Origin: Gammaproteobacteria bacterium
GTDB taxonomy: Bacteria > Pseudomonadota > Gammaproteobacteria > SZUA-229
Direction of reading: 5' to 3'
Length of the DNA stretch: 64,000 nucleotides
NCBI GenBank assembly: GCA_022340645.1
Contig: JAJDNP010000091.1
Coordinates: forward strand, 1,673 to 65,672
Shown piece by piece: positions 50,792 to 60,696 of this stretch. Numbering within the stretch: the stretch's first letter is position 1; the number at the start of each line of letters is the position of its first letter. A program made the translations under genes and the position numbers. Below the pieces are notes generated by a model, which did no database searches, was not told where the DNA came from, and saw only the letters and a program-made list of their open reading frames with translations.

Positions 50792-51849
50792 TAACGGCCA
50801 CCCCTGCTGCTATGTTCATCGCTGTCCTCCCTGACCTGTTCAACTTCAGGTTCCCTCCCCAGGGTCATGGTCATAACTGCCATGCGTACCGATATGCCAT
50901 AAGATACCTGGTCAAGTATTACAGAACGTGCGCCATCGGCCACGCTTGAGTCAATTTCAACACCGCGATTAATTGGCCCGGGGTGCATCACAATAACGTC
51001 ACTTTTTGCCAACTGCAATCGCTCTTCAGTAAGGCCGTATAGCTGAAAATATTCATGCTCACTGGGCAGCAGGGCGCCTTGCATACGTTCTTTTTGCAGG
51101 CGCAGCATGATGACCACATCTGCATCTTTAATGCCCGTTTTTAAATCATGGAAGACTTTCACTCCCATGTTTTCAATATCAACCGGCAGTAATGTTTTGG
51201 GTGCAATAACGCGCACATCGCCGGTATTTAAAATATTTAGTGCATGTATTTGTGAGCGTGCAACGCGAGAATGTAAAATGTCGCCGACGATGGCAACTCG
51301 CAGATTGCCAAAGTTTGTGCCTTTTTTTCGACGGATGGTAAACATGTCCAGCATCGCCTGTGTTGGATGCGCGTGGCTGCCGTCACCGGCATTAATCACG
51401 CTTATGTTGGGCGCCACATTATTTGCAATATAATGCGCTGCACCTGAATTACTATGCCGCACAACAAACATGTCACAGTGCATCGCCTGAATGTTTTGCA
51501 GGGTATCGAGCAGCGACTCACCCTTTGAAGTGGCCGATGTTTTTGTATCGACATTTAGTACATCGGCAGACAGTCGTTTTGCCGCTAATTCAAAAGTGGT
51601 GCGTGTTCTTGTGCTGGCTTCGAAAAATAAATTAACAATGGTTTTACCACGTAACAGCGGAACTTTTTTAACACGTTTTTCATTGATGTCGGCAAAGCTT
51701 TCAGCGGTATCGAGGATTTGTGTCAGGATTTCTGTGCCCAGACCTTCGGTGGTAAGAAAATGTTTTAAATGTCCGTTTTTATCTAATTGAATATTCCAGG
51801 TATCACGCCCTATTAATGTGTCTGTAGGTTTTGTTGCCTTGTTTACCAT
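50791..51849 (-). CDS. pyrB: Aspartate carbamoyltransferase catalytic chain
   Basis: 352-aa ORF with [13 protein letters not shown] and HPGPINRG. Confidence 0.95.
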   Translation of the reverse strand: MVNKATKPTDTLIGRDTWNIQLDKNGHLKHFLTTEGLGTEILTQILDTAESFADINEKRVKKVPLLRGKTIVNLFFEASTRTRTTFELAAKRLSADVLNVDTKTSATSKGESLLDTLQNIQAMHCDMFVVRHSNSGAAHYIANNVAPNISVINAGDGSHAHPTQAMLDMFTIRRKKGTNFGNLRVAIVGDILHSRVARSQIHALNILNTGDVRVIAPKTLLPVDIENMGVKVFHDLKTGIKDADVVIMLRLQKERMQGALLPSEHEYFQLYGLTEERLQLAKSDVIVMHPGPINRGVEIDSSVADGARSVILDQVSYGISVRMAVMTMTLGREPEVEQVREDSDEHSSRGGR

Positions 51850-51855
51850 GAAAGC

Positions 51856-52410
51856 TTAATCCCTGGGGTTCTCCCGTAGCGCGTTATGCGGCGTATTTTT
51901 TTGTAATTCAAATGCCAGAGGTTCCGGGCCGGTTAGTTTGATGTGCTCACCTTCCTGTAGTGAAATGTGATCGCCTATGATGTCTGCCTGTAAAGGCAGC
52001 TCACGGCCGCTGCGCTCAATGAGACATGCCAGCGTTATGCTGGCAGGACGGCCGTAATCGAATAATTCATTCATCGCTGCCCTGATTGTGCGGCCGGTAT
52101 GCAAGACATCATCGACCAGAATAATATGGCGGTCTTCAACATCGGGGGGTAGCTTTGATGGTTTTACCTTTGGATTCATACCGATGCGTGAAAAATCATC
52201 CCGGTAGAAACTGATGTCCAGTGTTGCCAGAGGTTCGGTAAACACGGGCCTGGAAAGATTAAGTTGTTGATAGAGTTTGCTGGCTACCCAGACACCGCCG
52301 GTCTGAATCCCTACCATTAATGGATTTTCAATCGCCTTGTCAGCAAGCAGTGTCTCTATCTGTTTTGCCATTTTTGCCAGAAGTTCATCTGGTGTGGCTA
52401 GCTGTTGCAT
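51856..52410 (-). CDS. pyrR: PyrR (pyrimidine regulator / uracil phosphoribosyltransferase)
   Basis: 184-aa ORF with the PRPP-binding motif ILVDDVLHTGRT. Confidence 0.9.
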   Translation of the reverse strand: MQQLATPDELLAKMAKQIETLLADKAIENPLMVGIQTGGVWVASKLYQQLNLSRPVFTEPLATLDISFYRDDFSRIGMNPKVKPSKLPPDVEDRHIILVDDVLHTGRTIRAAMNELFDYGRPASITLACLIERSGRELPLQADIIGDHISLQEGEHIKLTGPEPLAFELQKNTPHNALRENPRD

Positions 52411-52540
52411 AAAATCCCGTTGCTGTAAGCAGTACTGTTGTTTATTAATCAGTTTCTCGGCAATAGCCTGCGGGCAATCACGCCTGTATTACGCATATGC
52501 GTTAATAAGTGTGTCGATGCACTGTCCTGTTACTATTCTT

Positions 52541-52963
52541 TCATGGACTATGCTGGTCCAGCCAGCGTTGCACGATAATTGCTGCAGCCATTTTATCAAT
52601 CTCGTGTTTGTTGTGCTTGTTTATTTTCATATTTGTTTTAAGTAATTCTTCGGCCTGTTGGGAGCTCAAGGTCTCATTTACCTCAATAACCGGCAATTTA
52701 AACCGCTTTTCCAGCTCATAACAAAACTGCCGCACTGCCGATGTCATCTGGCTTTCGCTGCCGTCGGTATAATAAGGTATGCCGACAATTAATGCCTGCG
52801 GTTTCCACTGCTTTATTTCAGCTTCGATAGCAGGCCAGTCCGGGTTGCCATTCACCTGGCTGATTGTTTTGCAAGGCGTGGCCGAATTGGTGATGGTCTG
52901 GCCGGTGGCAATGCCGATACGTTTTTTGCCATAGTCGAAGCCCAGGACACTGGTGATTTTCAT
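52541..52963 (-). CDS. ruvX: YqgF/RuvX putative pre-16S rRNA nuclease
   Basis: The ORF track extends to 53026. The internal ATG at 52961-52963 (MKITSVLGFDYGKKRIGIA) matches the family N-terminus and avoids the hairpin at 52999-53090. Confidence 0.88.
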   Translation of the reverse strand: MKITSVLGFDYGKKRIGIATGQTITNSATPCKTISQVNGNPDWPAIEAEIKQWKPQALIVGIPYYTDGSESQMTSAVRQFCYELEKRFKLPVIEVNETLSSQQAEELLKTNMKINKHNKHEIDKMAAAIIVQRWLDQHSP

Positions 52964-52998
52964 GAGTACGACATTGCAAAAACGTAAAAGATTTATTG

Positions 52999-53090
52999 GT
53001 CCGCAAATGAACGCAAATTGACGCAAATTTTAAAAATATTTAAAAAGTTCAGTAATTTGTATTTGGGTTTATTTGCGTTCATTTGCGGAA
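52999..53090. repeat. Unit-array hairpin, GTCC class (unit CGCAAAT)
   Basis: Left arm is GTCCGCAAATGAACGCAAATTGACGCAAATT, with a 10-bp period. The right arm ends TTATTTGCGTTCATTTGCGGAA. The outer 19 bp are perfectly complementary. Confidence 0.85.
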
Positions 53091-53113
53091 AGATTGTATT
53101 TTAGGTTATTAAT

Positions 53114-53704
53114 CTAGGCGTGTCCTGTATCACTGCTGAGTAATGATAAATCAACGCCAATCAGGTTTGCCGCGGCTTTCCAGCGTTCTTCCGTTGGCGT
53201 GTTGAAAATTATCTGTTCATCCGCCGGGCAGTTTAACCAGGTATTATTGGCCAGTTCATAATCCAGTTGACCGGCGGACCATCCGGCGTATCCCAGCGCT
53301 ACGATGCAATCTTTGGGGCCTTTATTGTTCAATATGGCCTGCAGGATATCTTTTGAGGTCGTCAGGGTAACGTCGTTTTTAACAATAAGGCTTGACTGCC
53401 ATTCACCTTTCGGGCGGTGAAGAATAAAACCACGGCCCTGGTCTACCGGCCCGCCAATAAAAACAGACTGGTCTTCATTGTAATTGTCGTCAGTTTCCAG
53501 CTGCATTTCATCCGCGATCTGTTTCAGGGTAATGCCCGTTTCCTGGTTAATAATGATGCCAAAACTGCCTGTTTCGTTATGTTCGCAGATATAAGTAACG
53601 GTATGGTTGAAAAATCCATCATTTAATGATGGCATGGCAATAAGAAAGTGTCCGGTCAGGTTGTCACCGGTTGATGCTGCACTATATTTTTCTGTATATG
53701 CCAT
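53114..53704 (-). CDS. algH: YqgE/AlgH-family protein (UPF0301)
   Basis: 196-aa ORF with LTGHFLIAMPSL, GGPV and AGWSAGQL. Confidence 0.88.
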   Translation of the reverse strand: MAYTEKYSAASTGDNLTGHFLIAMPSLNDGFFNHTVTYICEHNETGSFGIIINQETGITLKQIADEMQLETDDNYNEDQSVFIGGPVDQGRGFILHRPKGEWQSSLIVKNDVTLTTSKDILQAILNNKGPKDCIVALGYAGWSAGQLDYELANNTWLNCPADEQIIFNTPTEERWKAAANLIGVDLSLLSSDTGHA

Positions 53705-53719
53705 TACATCAGGGGCTTA

Positions 53720-54601
53720 TTAACGTGTACGAATGTTGCTGTTATCAAAAAATTCCCAGCTGCGTGTAATATGTATGACATCAGCTTCTGCGCGAAGTTT
53801 TTCAGGGAAGGCGGAAAAGGGAGCGGCCAGTTTAACAATACGCTTTGCCGCATCGTCCAGGATCTGATGCCCCGAAGACTGACGCAAATCTGTTTTAACC
53901 AGTTCCCCGTTGGCATTGATAACCACGTCAAGAATTAATGTGCCGCTCAGGTTTTTCCTTCGAGCCTGATCGGGGTAGTTGAGATTACCTATACGCTCAA
54001 CGCGATTTATCCACTCGCGCATGTATTTAGCAGGGGTAAATTCCCTGGTGCTTGAATTTAAGTATCTGGTTCGGTTAATGCTGGCCTGTTCTTCAATAGT
54101 ACTGCTGATTTCTGCTGCCAGTCGTGCTGTTTGTGCATTTTGGCTGTTATCGGTTTTATTTTTAGAAGTGTCATTTTCTGCTTTAACAGGGTTTTTATCA
54201 GAATTGACCGCGTATTCTGCGTCTTTCTGTGTCACGTAAGCCAGCTGCTCATTTTGTTTTTGTTTCTGTAGCTGGGGGTTGCCAGTGTGAGTGGCTATAG
54301 CGGGTTTATTTGACAGGGTGGGTGCGCTGAACAGTTCTTTCGGCCTGGCTTTTTCTTCCGCCATACCGCCGCCTTGTTGCGAAACCTGTGCCAGGTAATC
54401 CGCTTTTTCGACATCCTCGGGAGACCTGGTCTGCACCAGAATTATATCAAGAGCAGGGGAGGTCTTGCTGTCAGCAGGTGATGAGACACTGAAAGTAACA
54501 CCTAAAATGACCATACCGTGAAAAATAGCCGTAAGAAGAAGGGCCATGCCGAAGCGGTCATGATCAGTTATAGTCGGTTTTATTCTCTTGCGTTTACTCA
54601 T
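53720..54601 (-). CDS. TonB-family protein (TonB3-like by position)
   Basis: 293-aa ORF with an N-terminal TM segment, a low-complexity linker and a C-terminal TonB domain (YPDQARRKNLSGTLILDVVINANGEL). Confidence 0.8.
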   Translation of the reverse strand: MSKRKRIKPTITDHDRFGMALLLTAIFHGMVILGVTFSVSSPADSKTSPALDIILVQTRSPEDVEKADYLAQVSQQGGGMAEEKARPKELFSAPTLSNKPAIATHTGNPQLQKQKQNEQLAYVTQKDAEYAVNSDKNPVKAENDTSKNKTDNSQNAQTARLAAEISSTIEEQASINRTRYLNSSTREFTPAKYMREWINRVERIGNLNYPDQARRKNLSGTLILDVVINANGELVKTDLRQSSGHQILDDAAKRIVKLAAPFSAFPEKLRAEADVIHITRSWEFFDNSNIRTR

Positions 54602-54730
54602 AATGCCCGTAACGAATACACTATTGGTGAAAATATAAGCCTGCCTGGTTATTGTTCCAGATTATTGTTATTTTATCAGCTTATTTCCCGGTTTGAATGC
54701 GGCCCGTATACTCCTCGTTAGTATATGACA

Positions 54731-55846
54731 TTATAGTTCTCTGCTAACCATAATGCTCGAAGTTGGTGATTTATTGAGAAATTTAACCCGCTTCTCCATG
54801 GCAGTTGTAAGATGAATATTGCCAGATGCATCAATCAGCATGACGTGGTCTACACCCATTTGTTTGGCGATAGACTGCCAGTTTTTGCTGCCAGCGACAA
54901 ACAGGGCGGTGGCCGCGGCGTCAGCAAGCCCTGGGTCCTGATGTAAAACAGTGACAGATTGTGCATCTTTTGTCGGGTAGCCGGTTTCCGGGTCAAGAAT
55001 GTGGTGATAACGTACTGATTGATAAAAATAGTACCTTTCATAATCGCCCGAAGTAAAAACACTTTCATCATTTTTTACTTCAATACTGGCTAATATGCTG
55101 TCCTTGCGTGGATGGCGAACACCAATGTTCCATGCACGGTCACCATGCTGGCCGATGACACTTAAATCACCACCGGCATTGATTATCGCATTATTTATAT
55201 CGAGTTTTTGTAATAGCTTGATTCCCAGTCCGATGGCGTAACCTTTTGCAAATGCGCCAAAATTAAGTGATACAGCCGGATTCCTGTTTATTAAATGGTT
55301 CTTATCAATAAACGACAGGTCGCTCATTTGCGGTTTGCTAGCAACTAAATCCTGAATTATGCGGGGTTCGGGCGGATGAATATCTTTGTCCTGATATTTA
55401 TGGAACTGCCAGAGATTGATTAAATTGCCAATTGCGGGGTTGTAGTAATTATTGCTTAACTTGCTCAATTCCATCGATTTTTTGATGATCGGAATGAGGT
55501 GCTCGGGCACTTTTACAGGTGTGTTGCTGCCCGCGTTTTCACTCAGTTTTTTATTCAGTTGCATTAAGTCGCCATTGGTCCAGGGTGACCAGTCCTGGTG
55601 GTTTTGGTCGAACATTTGCTGAAGCTGCACAAATGCCGTATCAGCCTGTTTTTTACTGACATCATATAAGGTGATATCGATTAAGGTACCAAAAGCGAAG
55701 ATAGTATAATCATACTGCTGCACCGGTTTTTCGCAGGCAGACAGCAGGGAAGCGAACAATAACACGATAGCGGTTCTGAGCCGGGCAGGTAAAATTGGCT
55801 GTGTGTGGTATGATTTTGCAGTAGCTGATACGGACATGGTAAGCAT
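54731..55846 (-). CDS. apbE: ApbE-family FAD:protein FMN transferase, probable lipoprotein
   Basis: 371-aa ORF with the lipobox LLSAC, FAKGYA and HHILDPETGYP. Confidence 0.85.
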   Translation of the reverse strand: MLTMSVSATAKSYHTQPILPARLRTAIVLLFASLLSACEKPVQQYDYTIFAFGTLIDITLYDVSKKQADTAFVQLQQMFDQNHQDWSPWTNGDLMQLNKKLSENAGSNTPVKVPEHLIPIIKKSMELSKLSNNYYNPAIGNLINLWQFHKYQDKDIHPPEPRIIQDLVASKPQMSDLSFIDKNHLINRNPAVSLNFGAFAKGYAIGLGIKLLQKLDINNAIINAGGDLSVIGQHGDRAWNIGVRHPRKDSILASIEVKNDESVFTSGDYERYYFYQSVRYHHILDPETGYPTKDAQSVTVLHQDPGLADAAATALFVAGSKNWQSIAKQMGVDHVMLIDASGNIHLTTAMEKRVKFLNKSPTSSIMVSREL

Positions 55847-55856
55847 TCTGTGGGAA

Positions 55857-56828
55857 TTAGCCGTGTTGTTTCAACTGCTTTGCTATACATGCCATTAAAT
55901 CACCCGCGATATCCAGTGCGTAAATTTTATCAAGTTCACGAATACAGGTCGGGCTGGTGATGTTAATTTCGGTCAAATAATCACCAATAACATCAATACC
56001 GGCAAATAGAATTCCCTGCTGCTTCAATACCGGACCGACCTGCTGGCATATCCAGTAGTCACGTTCTGTTAACTCTACACCTTTGCCTGTGCCGCCAGCG
56101 GCAAGGTTGCCACGTGTTTCGCCCGAGGCGGGAATGCGTGCCAGGGCGAAAGGCACTGGATCGCCGTTTATCAATAATATGCGTTTATCACCATGGATGA
56201 TTTCTGGAATAAACTGTTGGGCCATTACCGTGCGGTTACCTTTTTCTGAGACAGTCTCTAGTATTACCGAAAGGTTAGGGTCCCGGGGATTTACGCGATA
56301 TATTGATGTGCCGCCCATACTATCCAGCGGTTTTAAAATAACATCCCTCTGTTCACTGCGGAATCTTTCGTTTACAAAACTACGTAAACGATGCATATCC
56401 CGGCTGACCAGAAATGGGGTGCAGCACTGGGGAAACTGTGAGATAAACATTTTTTCATTGTTGTCACGCAGGCTGGCCGGCCTGTTGACAATGAGAGTAC
56501 CGCTTGTTTGCGCCAGCTCCAGTATATAGGTGCTGGTGATGTATTCGATGTCGAAAGGTGGATCCTTGCGCATCAGGATAACATCCAGCGTACTTAAATC
56601 GATATCCTGTTCTGAAATAAATTCAAACCAGTGATCCGGATTGTCGTCAACACGGGTTATTCTGCTGTGTGCTTTAGGGATGTTTTTTTCGCCATAGAGG
56701 TCATTCTGGTATATCGTGTGAATTTCCCAGCCAAATTTTTGTGCCGCCAGCATCATGGCAAAACTGCTGTCTTTTTTTATATTGATTGACGGAAGTGGAT
56801 CCATGACAATGCCTAATTTGATATTCAT
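55857..56828 (-). CDS. gshB: Glutathione synthetase
   Basis: The ORF track extends to 56873. The ATG at 56826-56828 (MNIKLGIVMDP) matches the family start. The fold is ATP-grasp. Confidence 0.93.
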   Translation of the reverse strand: MNIKLGIVMDPLPSINIKKDSSFAMMLAAQKFGWEIHTIYQNDLYGEKNIPKAHSRITRVDDNPDHWFEFISEQDIDLSTLDVILMRKDPPFDIEYITSTYILELAQTSGTLIVNRPASLRDNNEKMFISQFPQCCTPFLVSRDMHRLRSFVNERFRSEQRDVILKPLDSMGGTSIYRVNPRDPNLSVILETVSEKGNRTVMAQQFIPEIIHGDKRILLINGDPVPFALARIPASGETRGNLAAGGTGKGVELTERDYWICQQVGPVLKQQGILFAGIDVIGDYLTEINITSPTCIRELDKIYALDIAGDLMACIAKQLKQHG

Positions 56829-57082
56829 GCATTTCCCCATTGATGGCTGGATGATTGTTGCGACTGGCGACATTTTAGCAGCAATTTTATGCTGTTTTTT
56901 TAATTGAAGCTGTTAATCATTACTGGCTAAGCAAAATCGCTGCCAATATTGTTTCAGTTTTTATGTATTATTGGCAATACAGCGAATGTGGTCTACATTC
57001 AATTAATCGAGAATGGTTTTTTTGGGGTTTGTCATTTATTGGCAATGGAAAATGGTATGGCAATGGCTAAAGAGAATTCGCA

Positions 57083-57457
57083 ATGAGTGACCTTAAAGTA
57101 ATGGTCATTGATGACAGTAAAACAATCAGGCGGACAGCTGAGAATCTTCTCAAAAAGGAAGGCTGCGAGGTAGTGACAGCAATTGATGGTTTCGAGGCGC
57201 TGTCAAAAATATCTGAAAACAAGCCTGACATAATTTTTGTGGATATTATGATGCCAAGATTAGATGGTTATCAGACATGCGCCCTGATAAAAAATAATAC
57301 GGCGTTTAAAGACACGCCGGTTATTATGTTGTCAAGTAAGGACAGTATATTTGACCGCGCACGCGGCCGCATCGTTGGCTCCACCAAGTATCTGACAAAA
57401 CCATTTACCAGGGAAGATTTAATTGGGGCCATAAAAGAGTATGCCCCTTCAAGATAA
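57083..57457 (+). CDS. pilG: CheY-like response regulator PilG
   Basis: The 124-aa ORF is nearly collinear with P. aeruginosa PilG as I recall it (KVMVIDDSKTIRRTAE...FVDIMMPRLDGYQTCALIKNN). Confidence 0.92.
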   Translation: MSDLKVMVIDDSKTIRRTAENLLKKEGCEVVTAIDGFEALSKISENKPDIIFVDIMMPRLDGYQTCALIKNNTAFKDTPVIMLSSKDSIFDRARGRIVGSTKYLTKPFTREDLIGAIKEYAPSR

Positions 57458-57534
57458 TTGATAATGACAGTTAATCTCATGATTCCGGGTACTGGTATGC
57501 GCCCGAATTATAAAGAAACACGATGGAGAGTAGT

Positions 57535-57900
57535 ATGGCAAAAGTAATGATAGTTGATGATTCACCAACGGAAGTGCATGTACTGACAACCATGTTGACT
57601 AAAAATGGACACGAGGTTGTGGTTGCAAATTCTGGTGAAGACGGCGTTGAAATAGCGAAGACAGAAATGCCAGATTTAATTTTGATGGATGTTGTCATGC
57701 CTGGCATGAATGGTTTTCAGGCAACTCGGCAAATTGCGAAGAATGACAAGACTGCCTCAATACCGGTCATTATGGTAACAACAAAAGACCAGGAAACAGA
57801 CAAGGTCTGGGCAATGCGCCAGGGAGCTAAAGATTACATTGTTAAACCGGTACAGGAAAAAGCACTGATAGAACATGTGAACATGGTTTTATCAAGCTGA
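57535..57900 (+). CDS. pilH: CheY-like response regulator PilH
   Basis: MAKVMIVDDSPTE follows GGAGAG. The ORF-track start at 57523 is 4 codons upstream. Confidence 0.9.
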   Translation: MAKVMIVDDSPTEVHVLTTMLTKNGHEVVVANSGEDGVEIAKTEMPDLILMDVVMPGMNGFQATRQIAKNDKTASIPVIMVTTKDQETDKVWAMRQGAKDYIVKPVQEKALIEHVNMVLSS

Positions 57901-57950
57901 AGAATTCAGACGACCTACAGAAGAACTATGCGCCTTGATTGAAAAAGAAG

Positions 57951-58493
57951 ATGTTAATAAATACGAGTGATCCATTTGATGTCTTGCGAGATCTTGAACG
58001 ACGAAAAGTCAAAGGTCCGGTTGACCTGCTGGCGTTAGATGCGATTGAAAATGACTGGGTTGGCATTGCATTTAGAATAGGCAATTCGAAGTTAATTACC
58101 TCAATGTCTGACGTCAAGGAAATTCTTGATTTGCCTGAGGTCACCACGGTTCCAGGTGTTAAATCATGGGTTGTTGGTGTAGCAAATGTGCGTGGCAGTT
58201 TATTGCCGATCATGGATATGAAGGGTTTTTTATTGGGCGATAATATTAAACAACGTCATAAGGGAAATGTCGTTGTTATTGATTACAAGGGCTTTAATAC
58301 AGGTTTGGTTGTTGAAGAAATATACGGCATGCGGCATTTCAGAGAAGCTGATTTAACAAATGATTCTCCAGAGGTACATGAAAATATTTCTCCTTATGTA
58401 GAGTATGTTTACAAGCAGGATGATGATCGCTGGCCAGTGTTTGACTTCAATAAACTGACGCAGGACAGGCGTTTTGCATCTGCGTCATTATGA
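57951..58493 (+). CDS. pilI: CheW-like coupling protein PilI
   Basis: CheW domain (VPGVKSWVVGVANVRGSLLPIMDM). The ORF-track start at 57939 is a TTG, and the first ATG is at 57951. Confidence 0.85.
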   Translation: MLINTSDPFDVLRDLERRKVKGPVDLLALDAIENDWVGIAFRIGNSKLITSMSDVKEILDLPEVTTVPGVKSWVVGVANVRGSLLPIMDMKGFLLGDNIKQRHKGNVVVIDYKGFNTGLVVEEIYGMRHFREADLTNDSPEVHENISPYVEYVYKQDDDRWPVFDFNKLTQDRRFASASL

Positions 58494-58600
58494 TTGATAA
58501 AAATAAAAACTAACTGGATTATTTAATAAGAAATATTAGAGAGATTACTGATTACATCAACAATAGAAGTGATGATTCAGGTTGATTGGAGAGAATTCTT

Positions 58601-60670
58601 ATGAGTGCAGAACATAAAAGAATCGCAATTGGTAAACCGCTGTTCGCTATCGGCATATTGCTTTCAGTATTTATAGTTCTTATGTTGAGTAGTCTGGTTT
58701 ATGTGGCGGATAAACGTGCCATTTTGCAACGACATGTTGAGTTGTCTGCAGACCAGCTTTTATTGTCGCAACAGATAGAGACGTTCTCCCTTGGCGCCTC
58801 ATCAGGCAATGAGGATGCATTTGACCGTTTATTAAAAGCACGAACAAGATTTGACACAATTCTGAACACATATCGTTCCGGAGATATTTTAACGGCCAAA
58901 TTACCCCAGGAAATATTATCTGATCTTGACGGCGTTGAATCACGCTGGCGCAACTACAGAAATAACATTGAGGTTATATTGAACGGTCGCCAGGCTATTA
59001 CCGAAGTAAAGCAATTATACGAAGTTATTGACAGCTTTATACCGCAAATGCTGACATATTCTGATGAAGTGGTCGGCGTATTAATAGCGAAGAACGCATC
59101 ACCACGCCAGATATATATGGCAACACGGCAGATGATGCTGTCACAACGCATTAAAAACAATCTGACCCAGGTGCTGGCGGGTGGTGAAACAGCCGCCGCT
59201 GCAGCAGACAGGTTCGGCAGGGACGCGGCCCTGTTTGGCAAAGTTCTGGAAGGCCTGTTAAACGGTTCTAAAAGCCTGCGTATTGAAAAGGTTACCGATA
59301 AGGAAGCCGTTGCGAAATTACGAGAAGTGGCAATGTTGATTAGTGCGGTAAGTGATAACATTGCGGGTATTCTTGAACTGTCACCTGAGTTGTTTGAGGT
59401 TAAAAATGCTGCCAGTTTAGTCGGTGAAAACGCAGAACAGATATTGTCATCGCTCGAAGAATTCCAGGAAAAAATTATCGCTCAGGGTGAGCGTCTGGAC
59501 GTAATTCAGTGGTCTGGTATTGCTTTTGGCGGCGCTGCGGTTATGCTTATCATCATCGGTGGTATTCTGTTGATCAAGGATGCTAAACAACGTGAGGAAA
59601 TCGCGCTGGAAAATAACCGTCGCAACCAGCGCGCGATTCTCCGCCTGCTGGATGAAATGGCTAACCTTGCAGATGGTGATCTGACCGTACATGCAACAGT
59701 AACCGAAGATATCACCGGTGCAATTGCGGACTCGGTGAACTTTACCATTGACGCTCTGCGTTCGCTGGTAACGACGATTAATAACACAGCGTCAGAAGTA
59801 TCTCAATCAACAGAAAAAACACGTCTTACTGCGACTGAATTAGCGCAAGCGTCGAATAAGCAGGCACGTGAAATATCATCAGCGAGTGCCACAGTGACTG
59901 ATATGGCAGCATCAATGCTGTCAGTCTCTGAAGAAGCGGACAACTCTGCGGAAGTTGCGATGAAGTCTATGGATATTGCGCAAAAAGGAGCAGAGGTGGT
60001 ACGTAAGACGATCGGCTCAATGGAAAACATTCGTGAAACAATTCAGGAAACATCAAAACGAATCAAACGACTGGGTGAATCATCACAGGAGATTGGTGAT
60101 ATAGTGGGGTTGATTACCGAGATTGCCGACCAGACCAATATTCTTGCATTGAACGCGGCAATCCAGGCATCAACGGCTGGTGATGCAGGTCGTGGTTTCG
60201 CGGTGGTAGCTGATGAGGTGCAACGTCTGGCGGAACGTGCAGGTAATGCAACCAAACAGATTGAAGGCCTGGTGAACACTATTCAGGCCGATACCAATGA
60301 GGCTGTCAAATCCATGGAAATCAGTACTGCAGGTGTGGTCAATGGTGCCGCTATGACAGAGGATGCGGGTGTTGCGCTGAAAGAAATTGAGAACGTATCG
60401 ACCGAGCTGGCCAGCCTGATTAAAGGTATCGCCGAGTCTACACGGCAACAGTCCAGGGTGGCATTATCTGTTTCAGATACCATGAATGTAATTCAGGAGA
60501 TTACACTACAAACCTCTGAAGGTACTGCAGATACATCGAACTCGTTGACTGCGCTGAACAAGCTTTCGGGAGATCTGGGGCTTTCGGTGTCCGGCTTTAA
60601 ATTGCCGTCAATGTCATCTAACGACGATGGTGAAAATGTTGAGACTGTTGTGCTGCAGAATCAGGCATAA
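58601..60670 (+). CDS. pilJ: Methyl-accepting chemotaxis protein PilJ
   Basis: The highly conserved MCP signalling hairpin is present (IADQTNILALNAAIQASTAGDAGRGFAVVADEVQRLAERA). The ATG at 58601 follows GGAGAG, while the ORF-track start at 58586 is a TTG. Confidence 0.92.
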   Translation: MSAEHKRIAIGKPLFAIGILLSVFIVLMLSSLVYVADKRAILQRHVELSADQLLLSQQIETFSLGASSGNEDAFDRLLKARTRFDTILNTYRSGDILTAKLPQEILSDLDGVESRWRNYRNNIEVILNGRQAITEVKQLYEVIDSFIPQMLTYSDEVVGVLIAKNASPRQIYMATRQMMLSQRIKNNLTQVLAGGETAAAAADRFGRDAALFGKVLEGLLNGSKSLRIEKVTDKEAVAKLREVAMLISAVSDNIAGILELSPELFEVKNAASLVGENAEQILSSLEEFQEKIIAQGERLDVIQWSGIAFGGAAVMLIIIGGILLIKDAKQREEIALENNRRNQRAILRLLDEMANLADGDLTVHATVTEDITGAIADSVNFTIDALRSLVTTINNTASEVSQSTEKTRLTATELAQASNKQAREISSASATVTDMAASMLSVSEEADNSAEVAMKSMDIAQKGAEVVRKTIGSMENIRETIQETSKRIKRLGESSQEIGDIVGLITEIADQTNILALNAAIQASTAGDAGRGFAVVADEVQRLAERAGNATKQIEGLVNTIQADTNEAVKSMEISTAGVVNGAAMTEDAGVALKEIENVSTELASLIKGIAESTRQQSRVALSVSDTMNVIQEITLQTSEGTADTSNSLTALNKLSGDLGLSVSGFKLPSMSSNDDGENVETVVLQNQA

Positions 60671-60696
60671 ATTTACTCTATCGCGGCTAGCGGATT

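Noticed and set aside
52491-52502. 12-bp perfect palindrome ACGCATATGCGT upstream of pyrR, considered as a possible operator
   Set aside because: Roughly 16 perfect 12-bp palindromes are expected by chance in 64 kb. There is no second copy and it does not resemble the known PyrR RNA site.
56968-56985. TGGCAATACAGCGAAT upstream of pilG considered as a sigma-54 (-24/-12) promoter
   Set aside because: The GG-to-GC spacing is two nucleotides short of the TGGCAC-N5-TTGC consensus.
45989-58600. GAATTC immediately upstream of the pilT, pilG and pilJ start codons (GGGGAATTCATG, AGAGAATTCGCAATG, GAGAGAATTCTTATG)
   Set aside because: The shared part is short and overlaps purine-rich Shine-Dalgarno regions. 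Three hits of a 6-mer near AT-rich starts is weak evidence.
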